DNA of 64,000 nucleotides from Podarcis melisellensis (Eukaryota), in assembly GCA_964234715.1 (NCBI GenBank), contig OZ174276.1. One strand, 5' to 3'. The notes beneath the pieces were generated by a model. It saw only the letters and a list, made by a program, of their open reading frames with translations. It did no database searches and was not told where the DNA came from. Both the position numbers and the translations under genes were made by a program. Positions within the stretch are counted from its first letter, which is position 1. Each line of letters begins with the position of its first letter. Of the stretch, positions 39,536-50,978 are shown piece after piece.

Positions 39536-41699
39536 TACAGTGTGGTTTTTTAATATATATATATATAGTTGACAGCATCCCTTTAAATAAGGATAAAAAG
39601 CCCTGTACCGCATGGCAGTGTAGCACCTAAAACTAGTCTGTATTCAAGTGCTATTAAAAAGCCTCAATGGAATGACTTCTAACTTTTTGCATATTAAAAT
39701 TAAGTAAAAGAAAACAAGCATGTGAAGGATTGTTCTATCCTACCAGTGCACTGTGTGAACATTTGTACAATAGAAAATTCATGCTTTAAATAGTGACCTT
39801 ATAAAAAAAAACTTAACTTTTTTTATACAACATGCAGCAATATTAAAACCAGTTGTTCGTTCTTCCCCTACTTGACCTCAGAAGTTTAGTCACCCTAGTG
39901 AGGCTGGAGTTCTACACATATTGAGGTCTGCAGAGACAGCTCTCCTGGTCCAGGCTGTTCTTCAGCCAAGAAGACACACGAGGGCACATGGTCCTTTTTG
40001 TACTGTCTTGATTTCCAACAACTCCTTCCAGTAACACAATATTAAATACACTCATTTGGTAAATAATTTTGTAATTAGCTTTGGTTTGCAATACTTCTAC
40101 ACAGTTTCAGGAAATGGCCAGATCCGTCCAAAGCAGCCACAAACTGTTTCTTACACATGCCCTTCCATACTGTGCGACCTTTCTGAATTGCAGTGCACAG
40201 AGGTTTACAGAAGAAATAAAAACTGATGAATTGGCCAGTACTGCAAAGTACCCAGCTAGCCAAGAAGAACAAGCTCCTCCTCTTTGGATGTGGATTCATA
40301 GCTGTTCTCTGGAAGACCTTGCATGGGATTTTCACTCTGCTCCCTGCACTACAGGTGAGGCTGGGCAGGAAATCCAGAAAAAAAGCAATGGCTAAGGCAC
40401 GAAGATATTGTGGACTTGAGCATCCTGTGCAGTTAGTTCTGTGTCACAATACTGTAAATGGGAGCTTCTTTTCACAAGCCTTAGGCAATTAAAAGGTTGA
40501 ATATGATGTCAATGAGGCTGCTGCTTGTGTAGTGTAGATCACAGACAGGTGTGTTGAAGGAAAGGATGTCTTGAAAGAGGTGCAGCACCATGTGAAGGAG
40601 GCAGTAGAGGTTTATTTTTTAAGGCGATTCTTCTCACTGGTATTGTGTGCATTGCAAGGTATCTGTTTGGTTCAGTTGACTGCTATTGTCTTGCTGTTCT
40701 GAGGTGCCATTCTGCTGTAGTAGAATGTGCTTTGTGATGCTGCACGCTTCCATGCTAGGTGTTTTTGGCTTGTTGTTTGAGCCAAGTAGGATACAAAATT
40801 GTTGTTTTCTTACCATTATCTTAATTTAAAAAGTGCTGTCTTTTTTAAGAAGCCATAAAAGTAAACCATATAATAGAACTTTTAAAAAGTGGTTTGTTGT
40901 AAATTAAAGAATTAATTTGGCTTGTTCAGAATGGTCCCTTTCCCACTTCCATGCCTATGTCATGTCTAGTGGTGCAGATTACACATAAAACAAGTACTAT
41001 ATCCTAAACTCTGAGTGTGGAAAGTTTTTCTGTATGGAAAAGACTTTATGGAGAGTAATGATTGTGCACAACTAAGAGTTGCCAATTTGGAAGTACCTAT
41101 ATAAGTACCTGCCCTCCCCTTTCAACATATGTCTCACCACCTGCTTAAGTTATATTAATTTATAGCACCGGTATAGTTCAAGCAAAGTTTCACTCAAGGG
41201 CCACAAACAACATAGCAGACTATTGTTTTAAAGGCTTTTTCACCTGCTTAACTAGTATTTTGAAGCATGATGCACCTTTGACAGCAGCTGCCATTTTCAG
41301 ATTTGGTTGCAACAGGAAGCAGAAGTGATTTTGTTTTTTAAAAATAAATTAATAAATCCTGACATAGTTAAAATACGCTTTCCATCACTGTAGATACAGT
41401 AGTGTAATTTGTTTTAAACCACCACCTAGCTTTGAGCCAAGTAGGATACATTTTAAGTGCCGTTGGGACTTTTGCTTCTACATTTCTTTTGTCAGTCTCA
41501 TAACTAGACTCAAGATTTAGCCCCCAGTCAACTATCTGCTTCCTAGGCCCAACCACTCAGCATTTGGTCTATAGGCAAAAGTAAAACTGAGGGGAATGTA
41601 AAGGGTTTTGAACTTGCTAGAATGAAAGATAAGAAGGTATGTGCAAGAAGACAAATGGTAAGCTCACTGGGCATTAAGGAAATTCTTAATCATCATTTA

Positions 41700-41922
41700 C
41701 AGTCATACCTTGGGTTGAATGCGCTTCGGGTTGAGCGTGTTCAAGTTGCGGTCCGCGGCAACCCGGAAGTAACGGAGCGTGTTACTTCCAAGTTTCGCCG
41801 CTTGCGCATGCACAGACGCTCAAAATGACGTCATGCGCAGGCGTGCCATTGCTAGTTACGTTTGCTTCTAGATGCAAGCGGGGCTCCGGAACAGATCCCG
41901 TTCATATCTAGAGGTACCACTG
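41700..41922. mobile_element. Tigger-like MITE in the probable MYOCD 3' UTR
   Basis: TA|cagtcatacct ... gaggtaccactg|TA; CpG-rich island in AT-rich surroundings. Confidence 0.8.
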
Positions 41923-43677
41923 TATAGGTAAATTATAACATTCAATTGTTACTGTGGACATTCAGCGGTGTAGTGAGGATCTGTTGCTCAAGTGGATCTG
42001 AGTATAGTTTGGAATTGTGGCTGAGGGCTGGGCCCTCACTTTGTGGTATAAAGGGAGAACTATGGTTAAAACGAATAAAGGGTAGATATCTCACAACATA
42101 GTGCTTTGCTCATTACCCAGACTTTGTTTTTTATATGTAGTTGTGGAGTCATCACCTGGGTGAAGCCTCTCCACATGTGAACAAAGGAACCCTACCAGGC
42201 TGGCAGCATTTGCATCTTCTTTTAATGAGCCAACATATTTGAGTGATACATTGCAATATTCTTGTCTGCCCTCAGGAAAGCGATGGTTAGGAACATAATG
42301 AGTATCTGGTGCTTGGTATGAAGCCTTTGGGCTGGGAAATGGTTGCTGTGTAGCTGGGCCTGCTGTGGTCCTGCCTTGTACCAGCTAGCCTGACCTTGCC
42401 CTAGATGAAAACCTGGCAGCCTCCTTTTTGGGGTCTGCCCTGTGCAGTAACAGGTGTGAGCATTCTAGCAGCAGCTTGATGGTCATGTATGATACTGCAT
42501 ACAGATCTGTTGCGACATGTAGAGAAAACCCAGACTGCGTTCTGTACCATCACTGACGGACTTAGATCTGGCAATATCTTAATTTAAAGACCGACAAAGG
42601 CCATAGGTTTAGGCTACAAGGGGTAAGTTGCCCAGTTTCTTCCACCGTGGTAGACTTAGTCGTAGATTTGCAACCTTCACTAACTGAATAAATTATTTGG
42701 CATATGAGGAGGAATGTGAGTCCTTCAAAGTGTTTTTGGAATTTGAAACAGAATTTAAATTGATAATCCTTTCCATTTTTATAAGTTACTTTATTGCTTG
42801 TTGTAAATTTATTCATGACGATCTGATACACTCACGGATAATATTTATATCATATATAAGAATATGGTTGGTTTTAATAGTGTGTTGAAATGCTATAGAT
42901 TTATCTATATCAAATTATAGATATGTTTATATTTTTAATTTAATTAAGAAATGAGCAAAGTACTTATGAAGGGAGGAATGTACCCTGAAACAGAAAATTG
43001 ATAGAAGTCGCCCTAGACTTCTACTCAATTAAAAATCCTTCATTTATGTACTTGCTTTTTATATTACTCTGCGTTTTTTTTTCAAGCTGAGTGCCCACCA
43101 CATAAACAAGTCAGATTGCTTTACTTCTATTTCAAGTGCCTTTAAAATTGGTAAGACAGGGCAGAGAGAGAAGTGTTTAGTGGATGGCTTGGAGGTTACT
43201 GGTCTGACAATGGCTTCTTCGTGAGCTGACTTTTTTTTAAGTCTTCATGTATAGAATCAGGAGGAAAGGCAGTGGCTGCCATGCAGTGTGTTGCAAGCTG
43301 TAAGTGAACCAAATTTTTCCCCACAGTAGGTAATAAGAGACAATATAGCAGAACCTGATCTGGATGATAGATATGTTAGGGATGAAATGGATTTGCATAC
43401 CAAACATAATTCTGCTGCAGAGTGAGTCTTTCTTGGAAGCTACTAAAGTTAGCTGTGCTTGCTGAGGAGGAGACTCCTGTGCCAGAGATTTGCTTTGTGG
43501 TGTGTGGGAGATTATCTGGCAATTTCATTTGTAATAGGGGAGGGGAATATCCTGGGAAAACTGACTCCAGTTTCTTCTTCCTGGCTGTCACCAGAGCTCT
43601 CTGATAAAGTATCTGAGTCTCTTTAATGGAAATCTGTTTGTGTTTAGCTGCATCCCCACACATAAGGCTTATTCTGT

Positions 43678-44246
43678 TCACCACTGTTGTAAATGCAGGT
43701 CCATGGTACTGTTCAAGTTGAGATCACTAACATCTAAGAAATCAATGTTGAAGATGCTCGGCCCAGTGGTGGTGAGGGAACCGAAACCGTTGGCTGAGCT
43801 AGGCGGAGTGAGGTCCAGCCATTCCATTGTTTCCCAAGGAGACTCTGTGAAGCTCATGTGCAAACCTGTTCCTTCTCCAGAAGAGGGAGACAGCTGGGTC
43901 TCCATGGGTGACAGGGGAGTGGGCAGGATCTCGTGGGGTGTCAGCAGTTCATCGGCAGCTTTGTTGGAAAATCCTTCCATCACCCCTTCAAAGTGTGGTT
44001 CTTCACCCACTTTCAGTAGGGTGACTTCACTCGACCGCCCCAGAGGGCTGTGGGAATTTAACAAGATTTCCAGATGACTGTCGTTGCTGCTAGGGCAGTG
44101 TTCAAAGGACAGCTGACCTGAGGGGCCTTGCTCAAATGAAGCAGATGTCTTCAGTAGCGAGGAAGTGCCAGAGGTCCCCGAAGACACTGTTATCTGAGGC
44201 ACCTTCTGAAGGCAAGGGCGGTCCTCTTTGGCATTTGCAGGCATTT
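43678..44246 (-). CDS. MYOCD: MYOCD terminal exon (14) coding part, transactivation domain
   Basis: gcaaacag|AAATGCCT...; (E)MPANAKED...SPWETMEWLDLTPP...DFLDVSDLNLNSTMDLHLQQW*. Confidence 0.96.
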
Positions 44247-44769
44247 CTGTTTGCAAACAAAAAAGGCTCATCAAGAGCAGATCTACAACTTTACTATGCC
44301 GTGCACCCCAAGCCACCCTACAACTTGAAATGTTATAAAACATCTTGCACATCAGTGATTACTGCCTGTCAAGATGGCAGACTCCTTTGTCTACAGTATG
44401 AGATACCCAATGGAGCACATCGTAATTCGCTGTTGCTGTCAGAGAAGTGTGTCCTACTTTTGGGGGGGTTGAATATAGCTTTATGTGATGCTATGCTAGA
44501 GTAACTTGGCATACCAGGAATCTACTTTGTGGTTCTGTGAGCCTGTAAGGTGTAACTAGGAATGCCTGGGTGAGAAGAACAGAAAGATCGCAGAAGAGCC
44601 AACAGCAGATTGTGGTCAGGGAACACAGTAGGTGCTCCATCCAAGGAACGCAGGAAGGAAATCAGTAGAAGAAATTATCACTAAATATGTGTGTTGGCAA
44701 GGACTTGTTAAAGAGGGAAAAAGATGAGCGGATGAGTATGGGACGTCCCACAGCAACTAGAATCTTAGT

Positions 44770-45010
44770 ACTTCACCAAACCATTATTAGGCATTACAAG
44801 TATAAAACATCGATATATAAAATTTAAAATATATACAAATAAAAATGGTATTTCTTTCATTGGGATTTCTTCCCACTAAATAGTGCCATTCGAGATACTG
44901 TTGACCAAAACTCAGCCACCCTTGCAGTTACTTCCAGGTTAATGTCAGACAGATAGATTCCTGTATGCTTATATCAGATTCTGATTGTTAAGACCACACA
45001 ATCTATTTTA
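44770..45010 (-). mobile_element. 3' fragment of the LINE family also found at 50285-51500
   Basis: Shared blocks cttcaccaaacc.ttattaggcat, cattgggatttcttcc..ctaaatagtgcca, ctcagccacc.ttgcagttacttc, tgtcagacagata. Confidence 0.75.
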
Positions 45011-45246
45011 GTGCAAGGGTGGCTAAACTGTGGCCCTCCAGATTTTGGGCTTCATCTCCCATCATCGCTGACTGGGGTTGATGTGAGTTGGGGTCCAGTG
45101 ACAGTCTGAGGGCCACATCTGGCTGCTTAAAATAAGCCCATCAAGAAAATGCACTTTGGGAGTGGCACTTTCTTTCATAGGCTATGACCATGGCTACATT
45201 TAGCAGTAGGCATTGGGCTCAAATTATGGCTTACTATGACTAGGGG

Positions 45247-45604
45247 GTAAGGACGCAGGTGGCGCTGTGGGTTAAACCACAGAGCCTAGGGCTTGCCAAT
45301 CAGAAGGGCTGCAGTTCGAATCCCCTTGACAGGGTGAGCTCCCGTTGCTTGGTCCCTGCTCCTGCCAACCTAGCAGTTCGAAAGCACGTCAAAGTGCAAG
45401 TAAATAAATAGGTACCGCTTCGGCTGGAAGGTAAACGGCGTTTCCGTGCGCTGCTCTGGTTCGCCAGAAGCGGCTTAGTCATGCTGGCCACATGACCCGG
45501 AAGCTGTACGTCGGCTCCCTCAGCCAATAAAGCAAGATGAGTGCTGCAACCCCAGAGTCGGCCAGGACTGGACTGAATGGTCAGGGGTTCCTTTACCTTT
45601 ACCT
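45247..45604 (+). mobile_element. Full-length Sauria SINE
   Basis: tRNA-like head (gtggcgctgtggg, gttcgaatcc), typical body, (acctt)n tail, 12-bp TSD tatgactagggg at 45235-45246 and 45605-45616. Confidence 0.92.
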
Positions 45605-45788
45605 TATGACTAGGGGAAATTCTCTGAAATTGCCATTTTGGGTACCACCCTTCAGGCAATGAAAAGCATTGGGGCTAGGGGTTAGTGCAGACACAGCAAT
45701 CACAGTGCACCCTCTTTGGGAAGCCAGAGACTTCACTCATACTTGCTTTGACCAGAACCAACAGTCTTGCCTTAGGGATATCACCTAC

Positions 45789-45846
45789 CTCCAGTTTCAA
45801 TAAGCACATCCAACAGTTCATCCATTTGCTGGCTTCGGGTCATCTG
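45789..45846 (-). CDS. MYOCD: MYOCD exon 13
   Basis: ctgcag|CAGATG...GGAG|gtaggt; 58 nt; QMTRSQQMDELLDVLIETG(E). Confidence 0.95.
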
Positions 45847-46710
45847 CTGCAGCAAGAAAAAAGCAAGGGATGTTAGGAAGTTGGTACTGGAGCCACACAC
45901 TACTATACTAGAAAAATCCGCTTTGATAGATATTGAGAGATGCTTTCAAAAGAAAGCTGAAGCCTCAGACATATAAGGATGATAGAATCTCCTTGACAGG
46001 CATGTTAAATAAACAATGATTCCTTAGTAACTAGTTGAAACAGGGCTCCTACAATACTTGAGCAGTTTTTTGTGCGTATAGTAGGCTGTTATGTATTACA
46101 ATTAATACCGTTATAGTTCATAAAAGCCTCAGAGAAGCAAGATCAATAGCCCTCCCAAAGTGGAATGAAAACTCCCTCCTTCACTCAGATGTTCAACCTG
46201 TAACTAATGTTACTTAGAATAAAATCCCACCACATTCATTGGTACTTACTTCCTAGTAAGTATGCTTACGTTGGCTCCTGTTAACCCACACAAACTTTGT
46301 GTGACCCACTGCAGTTACCTCTTTAGGGGCCATCCTGCAGTGCTCTTGTGTGTACTTTTTTGAACCAAGTGTTCAGCTGTAGCTTGCAAACTTGGTTCAT
46401 TCAGAGATCATTCTGTTTCTTCTAAAAATTCAGATGGTCCTTCCAACAGAAGTCACCTGAATCACTTCAGCTGCTTATTCAATGTCTGAACAAATAAAAG
46501 GTTGAATGAATTTGCATTTGCTTTTAATCCAATTGACTGTATATAACTCTTTCTACAACAATAAATTCAGTTTTCAAGGCTGTCGGTAGTCATCTGCTTT
46601 TACTCATAGGTCACACAACACTCTCAAATCTGTAATTGGCTTTGATGTACATAACAATCAAAGCAAGCTATCTGCAGCCAAGCATAGCCTACCAAGCACC
46701 AGACTGTTAC

Positions 46711-46824
46711 CTGTTTCACAGCATCAGCGTAGGGTGGTGGCTGCTTTCCATCTGGGAGGGCAGCATTTGACTTGCAAAAGCCAGGAGACAGAATGGAATA
46801 CTTCTGACTACCTTGTGCTGGCAC
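46711..46824 (-). CDS. MYOCD: MYOCD exon 12
   Basis: acacag|GTGCCA...AAACAG|gtaaca; 114 nt; VPAQGSQKYSILSPGFCKSNAALPDGKQPPPYADAVKQ (PPxY-containing). Confidence 0.88.
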
Positions 46825-47131
46825 CTGTGTGGAACCAAAATCAATCACAGGGATCAAGCCAAACTTGGGCCAAGATTGCTATTCAGCAGTTGCCTCCATA
46901 AATTTACCTCTTGCACATGGGAACAAATCAACAGTCAATGAGGTGATCTCATTGCAAATCCAGTGGAAGCATGAGAAAAAGTCAAGGCTCTGGAAGCCCA
47001 TCTCCCTTGCTGTAATAACAGTTTTGCCATTGATAATGGCACTTACAAAGTTGTGCAAAGGAATTTTGAAATAATATTGAATTCCCCTACCCACTAGCAG
47101 AAAACTGCAGTAAAGGCTGCCTGGTTTAGGG

Positions 47132-47377
47132 CAGGGGTGAGCCAACTTTTTCAGCAGGGGGGCGGTCCACTGTCCCTCAGGGGGGCCGGACTATATTTTT
47201 TTTGGGGGGGGGGATGAATGAATTTCTATGCCCCACAAATAACCCAGAGGTACATTTTAAATAAAAGCACACATTCTACTCATGTAAAAACACACTGTTT
47301 CCTGGACCACCTGCGGGCCAGATTTAGAAAGCGATTGAGCCGGATGCGGCCCCCGGGCCTTAGTTTGCCTACCCATG
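47132..47377. mobile_element. hAT MITE, same family as 4455-4696 in opposite orientation
   Basis: caggggtgagccaac ... gtttgcctacccatg; flanks gtttaggg / gcttaggt; interior is the reverse complement of the 4455 copy. Confidence 0.85.
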
Positions 47378-47865
47378 GCTTAGGTGATATACTTTCTTTT
47401 GAATGGGCAGGAGAGAGTTACAGGGACACCAAGGGTGGTAATTAAGCTGTATATGTGGAAGAGTGGGTAGTGTCCAGTTTCTTAATGACTTCTGAAAAAG
47501 TTGAACCTACTCTGCTTATGTATATGCCACCATCCTTGAAATGCCATTCTGCAACTTGAATGCAAACCAACAGATGTATATTTTAATCACTGGAAGACGG
47601 GCAATTAAACTCCTCCTTTCCTGTTTGGTATTTCATCAACTGAGAAGCAATAATAGCTACAGTAGGTAAACTGGGCCTGGACACATGGAACACAGCCTGC
47701 CAGTTTTGAAACATTGCCCCAGTCTGATTCTGGGCACAGTTCAAAGTGCCTTTGAAGCTCTGAGCAGTTTGGAATCTGGATAGAATGGGAGCTGCTTTAA
47801 CACCCTCCCCTAACTCTGCACCCCCCAATAATAATAATAATAATAATAACAAGTAGCTTTCTTAC

Positions 47866-48816
47866 TGGAGCTATGCGAAGATGGCTGCTGGGCTGTGGAG
47901 AGCTGCTGCGTCCTTCTCCCTGAGTGCTGGGGGACACAGAGAGGAGGTAATGGCTGTTTGGTGAGGGTGGAAGGCTGATGTGTTGCGGACTCTTTGCTGC
48001 CTCTAGTGGAGAATGCTGGGGAGAGCACTGTGGGCTTAGGAATGTGGAGGACAGTATGCCGCTCTGTCCTGACGGTTCCATGCAATGGCTATTTACAAGA
48101 TGGGGCAGCTGAGGTGTCCCACAGTTTCTCAGTGTGTCCGAGTTGCTAGCCTGGCCTTTCAAGGGAGCTTGCTTAGAGGCAAAGGGGCAGCTGGACGCTG
48201 GGTTTTCTTGCTTGATCGGAAAGCCGAAGAAGTGTGGAGAGGGCTGCTTCTCGTCCAAGCCGTGGCTCCTTTTGCGCTTCTGCAGCTGCATCCTCAGCTC
48301 TTCCACTTGCCTCTGCTCTTGCTGCAGTTTCCAGGTCAGCTCATTGATGACCTTCTGCTTTTCCACCAGCATCTTGTCTTTCTCTGTGTCAACCCTTTCC
48401 ACGTCGAGCTGGATGCCAGCGCCGTTCATGCTTCCCATCAGGCTTTCTTCACACCCGCCTTGCACAGGGGAAGGGTGCAGGACAAAATGGGGGGAAGACA
48501 TTGGTCCTTCGTTGAAACTGTCTGGCAAGGAGCCATTCACCGATAGGTCTGAGGAAGCTGGGGAGATGGGGGGAGTAGAGCTGGTGCTGCCAAAGTGGTA
48601 AAAGCCATTGGACAGCAGGCTGGCCGAAGACTGCGACTGGTAGCTGGAGAGAGAGTTGGTTGGTGTCACTGGGAAGGTGACAGTGGTTATCTCATTGAAG
48701 CTGGGCACAGAACCCCCGCTGCACTCCTGGAAGGGCCGCAGGCGTTCCATCAAGGCCGTTTTCGTACCTGATACAGGGAGGCCCCTTATTCGGAGCTGCT
48801 GCCTCAGCTCCGACAC
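47866..48816 (-). CDS. MYOCD: MYOCD exon 10 (SAP domain C-part, leucine zipper)
   Basis: ttccag|GTGTCG...GCTCCA|gtaaga; 951 nt; VSELRQQLRIRGLPVSGTKTALMERLRPFQ...KDKMLVEKQKVINELTWKLQQEQRQVEELRMQL. Confidence 0.96.
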
Positions 48817-49135
48817 CTGGAATGAAAGCCGTTTAGTCAGTGGCAAGGTCGCTTTTCAGTTCAACTTTGTGGCAAAGTAGCAACCTGCTTACAGTGGACC
48901 CTGACCCAAATCTAAACCAGAGATTATTTGCACGGACAAAGAGTTGGGCTGGGTAAAGTTTGGGCTCCAAAATGGCTGCTATTAATTGGACTGGATACGT
49001 CAGTTTGTCCCTGTGCTGCTTAGCACAACATTACTTGGACATCTCTAATTATTTCTATTGCCTTAGGTGCTATGCTGTCCAAATTAAAATTATGCAAGTT
49101 GTAATAAGCCTGGAGTGGGACTGAACGTCTGCACC

Positions 49136-49262
49136 CAGGGCTTATTTTTCAGCCGGAATTCAGTTTCAGCACCTCTCAGGTGAGCTCCGTTGCCATTCTA
49201 AGAGAACAAGGGAGACATTCATTGTGAGTTCTGGCACCTCTTTTTCTAGAAAAATAGCACTG
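49136..49262. mobile_element. Small hAT-like MITE
   Basis: Ends cagggcttatttt / aaaatagcactg; 8-bp flanks tctgcacc / cctacacc. Confidence 0.6.
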
Positions 49263-50055
49263 CCTACACCTAATGAATTTGTGGCTGGTTTTAACCTGGG
49301 CTGCCCTTCTTACATTTTAGATATAGACAGAGCAGTGCTTCTTGAGAAACTTAGGGGAAACAGAAGGCATGCTTTCCAGTCAACCATCATTACTCCTGAG
49401 GATACTCTTCTGTCCCTGCTTAGGAGCTGCAGCCCTTTGGGCACAGGCAAGTCCTCCAGGTGAAGACTAGGCAGAACATCAGAGCTTGTTGAACTTCCCA
49501 TTACTTTGCTTCCTGTGGATGGCCTATATTTTCAGCAACAGCTGCCTGAGGTTGTGCCTCTGGCACGTGCCTGTGTGTATATAAGTGTTCGCTTAGGGAA
49601 CTTGGTTTCAATTGATTTCTTAACGTATGTTATTTTTAATGCTTGAGGTTTTTTCTTGTTCCAGGGTTGCCTTTGTGTTAATTTTGTTTTAATTTAGTGT
49701 GTTAGTAAAATAATGGTTTGCATTCTTAAACAACGAATATTATTGAAATAGAACTGGCTCTGCCATCTGTTTTTAAACAAGCTACGATGTCCGATTTTAT
49801 TAGTTCTAAGTCAGCTTTGGCAAATAATAATTTGGTCTCTTCTCTACAGTCCACTGACCCTAGTTGGTCTGTTGATCTTATGGTGGTGTTTGACTGCTTC
49901 AATTTATGTGATATTTGAATTTTGATTAATTTGGGATATTGACCGAAGTGCATGTGTTAACCATGTGTTTGCTGGAGGAACACACTGCCTCCACATGCAG
50001 TTTCATACACAAAAAGGTTTTACACTTTTCATCAACTTTTGCATTCAGTACTCAC

Positions 50056-50209
50056 TTTTAAATCATCCAGGTTGGATGGGAGAGGACCTGGCTTGAGAGA
50101 CGAAATGCAGGATTGCCCTGAAAAGCTTCCCTTCCCAGGGGAAAGAGGGCTGTTGGCAACTGTCGATGGGGAAGAGTTTGAGGTTTTGGCCATTTGCTCA
50201 TTGGGTTGC
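50056..50209 (-). CDS. MYOCD: MYOCD exon 9
   Basis: ttacag|GCAACC...TTAAAA|gtgagt; 154 nt; QPNEQMAKTSNS...LKPGPLPSNLDDLK. Confidence 0.96.
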
Positions 50210-50837
50210 CTGTAAAAAATAAAAGTGCAGAACATTTTCCCCCTTTTGTTTTCTTCTTCTTTTTAAATATCAGTATTCTTACTTACTTCACCAAACCTTT
50301 ATTAGGCATGACAAGTACTGGCCATCATAAAACATCCATATATACAAATAAAAGCCATGTAAAATATATAATTACAAGAATTATCATTGGGATTTCTTCC
50401 TGCTAAATAGTGCCAGTCACCGCTCCAAGAGATACTATTGAGAAAATCTCAGCCACCTTTGCAGTTACTTCTGAGTAAGTGTCAGACAGATAAAATCTGA
50501 TATTTTCATTGTGCCATGATGTTAGACTTCCCAAAAAAGGAGATAGCACGTGTTTACATAGCTGGTTGTACAATGGACAGTAGAAAAGGATATGTTCTAC
50601 AGTGTCTGGCACGTTCAAATAACATCTGCAATGTCTATCATTTCTGGGGATGTTTAAATATCTGCCTTTGACAAGAGCTGAGGGGGGAAATGTTCAGCTG
50701 GGCTCACATAAAGGCCCTGCGTTGGGCTGGAATTATTAATTTTGAGATTTAAGTGACTGTTATCTGGTGTATTTAAACCATAGAACTTGGGGGAGCAAAT
50801 TTTATTTACAACTGATTCGATGAATGTCCCTTAATCT

Positions 50838-50978
50838 GAAGAAGTGTGTATCTGAAGAAGTGTGCATGCACACGAAAGCTCATACCAAGAACTAACTTAG
50901 TTGGTCTTTAAGGTGCTACTGGAAGGAATTTTTTTTTGTTTTGACTATGGCAGACCAACACAGCTACCTATCTGTAAC
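50838..50978 (+). mobile_element. Short Penelope-like element terminus with 13-bp TSD
   Basis: Direct repeats tgtcccttaatct at 50825-50837 and 50979-50991; contains a hammerhead motif preceded by a partial duplicate (ctgaagaagtgtg). Confidence 0.8.
50848..50885 (+). ncRNA. Minimal type I hammerhead ribozyme motif
   Basis: GTAT-CTGAAGA-A-GTGTGC(at)GCACAC-GAAA-GCTC-ATAC: 4-bp stem I, core boxes, stem II, palindromic AGCT stem III, CUC site. Confidence 0.7.

Noticed and set aside
47640-47775. Possible MYOCD cassette exon (acceptor ctatccag, peptide ...CVPCVQAQ faintly like mammalian exon 10a)
   Set aside because: No canonical GT donor at a fitting position, the frame runs into a stop, and similarity is too weak.
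48085-48880. Long + strand ORFs (153 and 155 aa)
   Set aside because: Antisense shadows of MYOCD exon 10; the same holds for 43640-44077 opposite exon 14.
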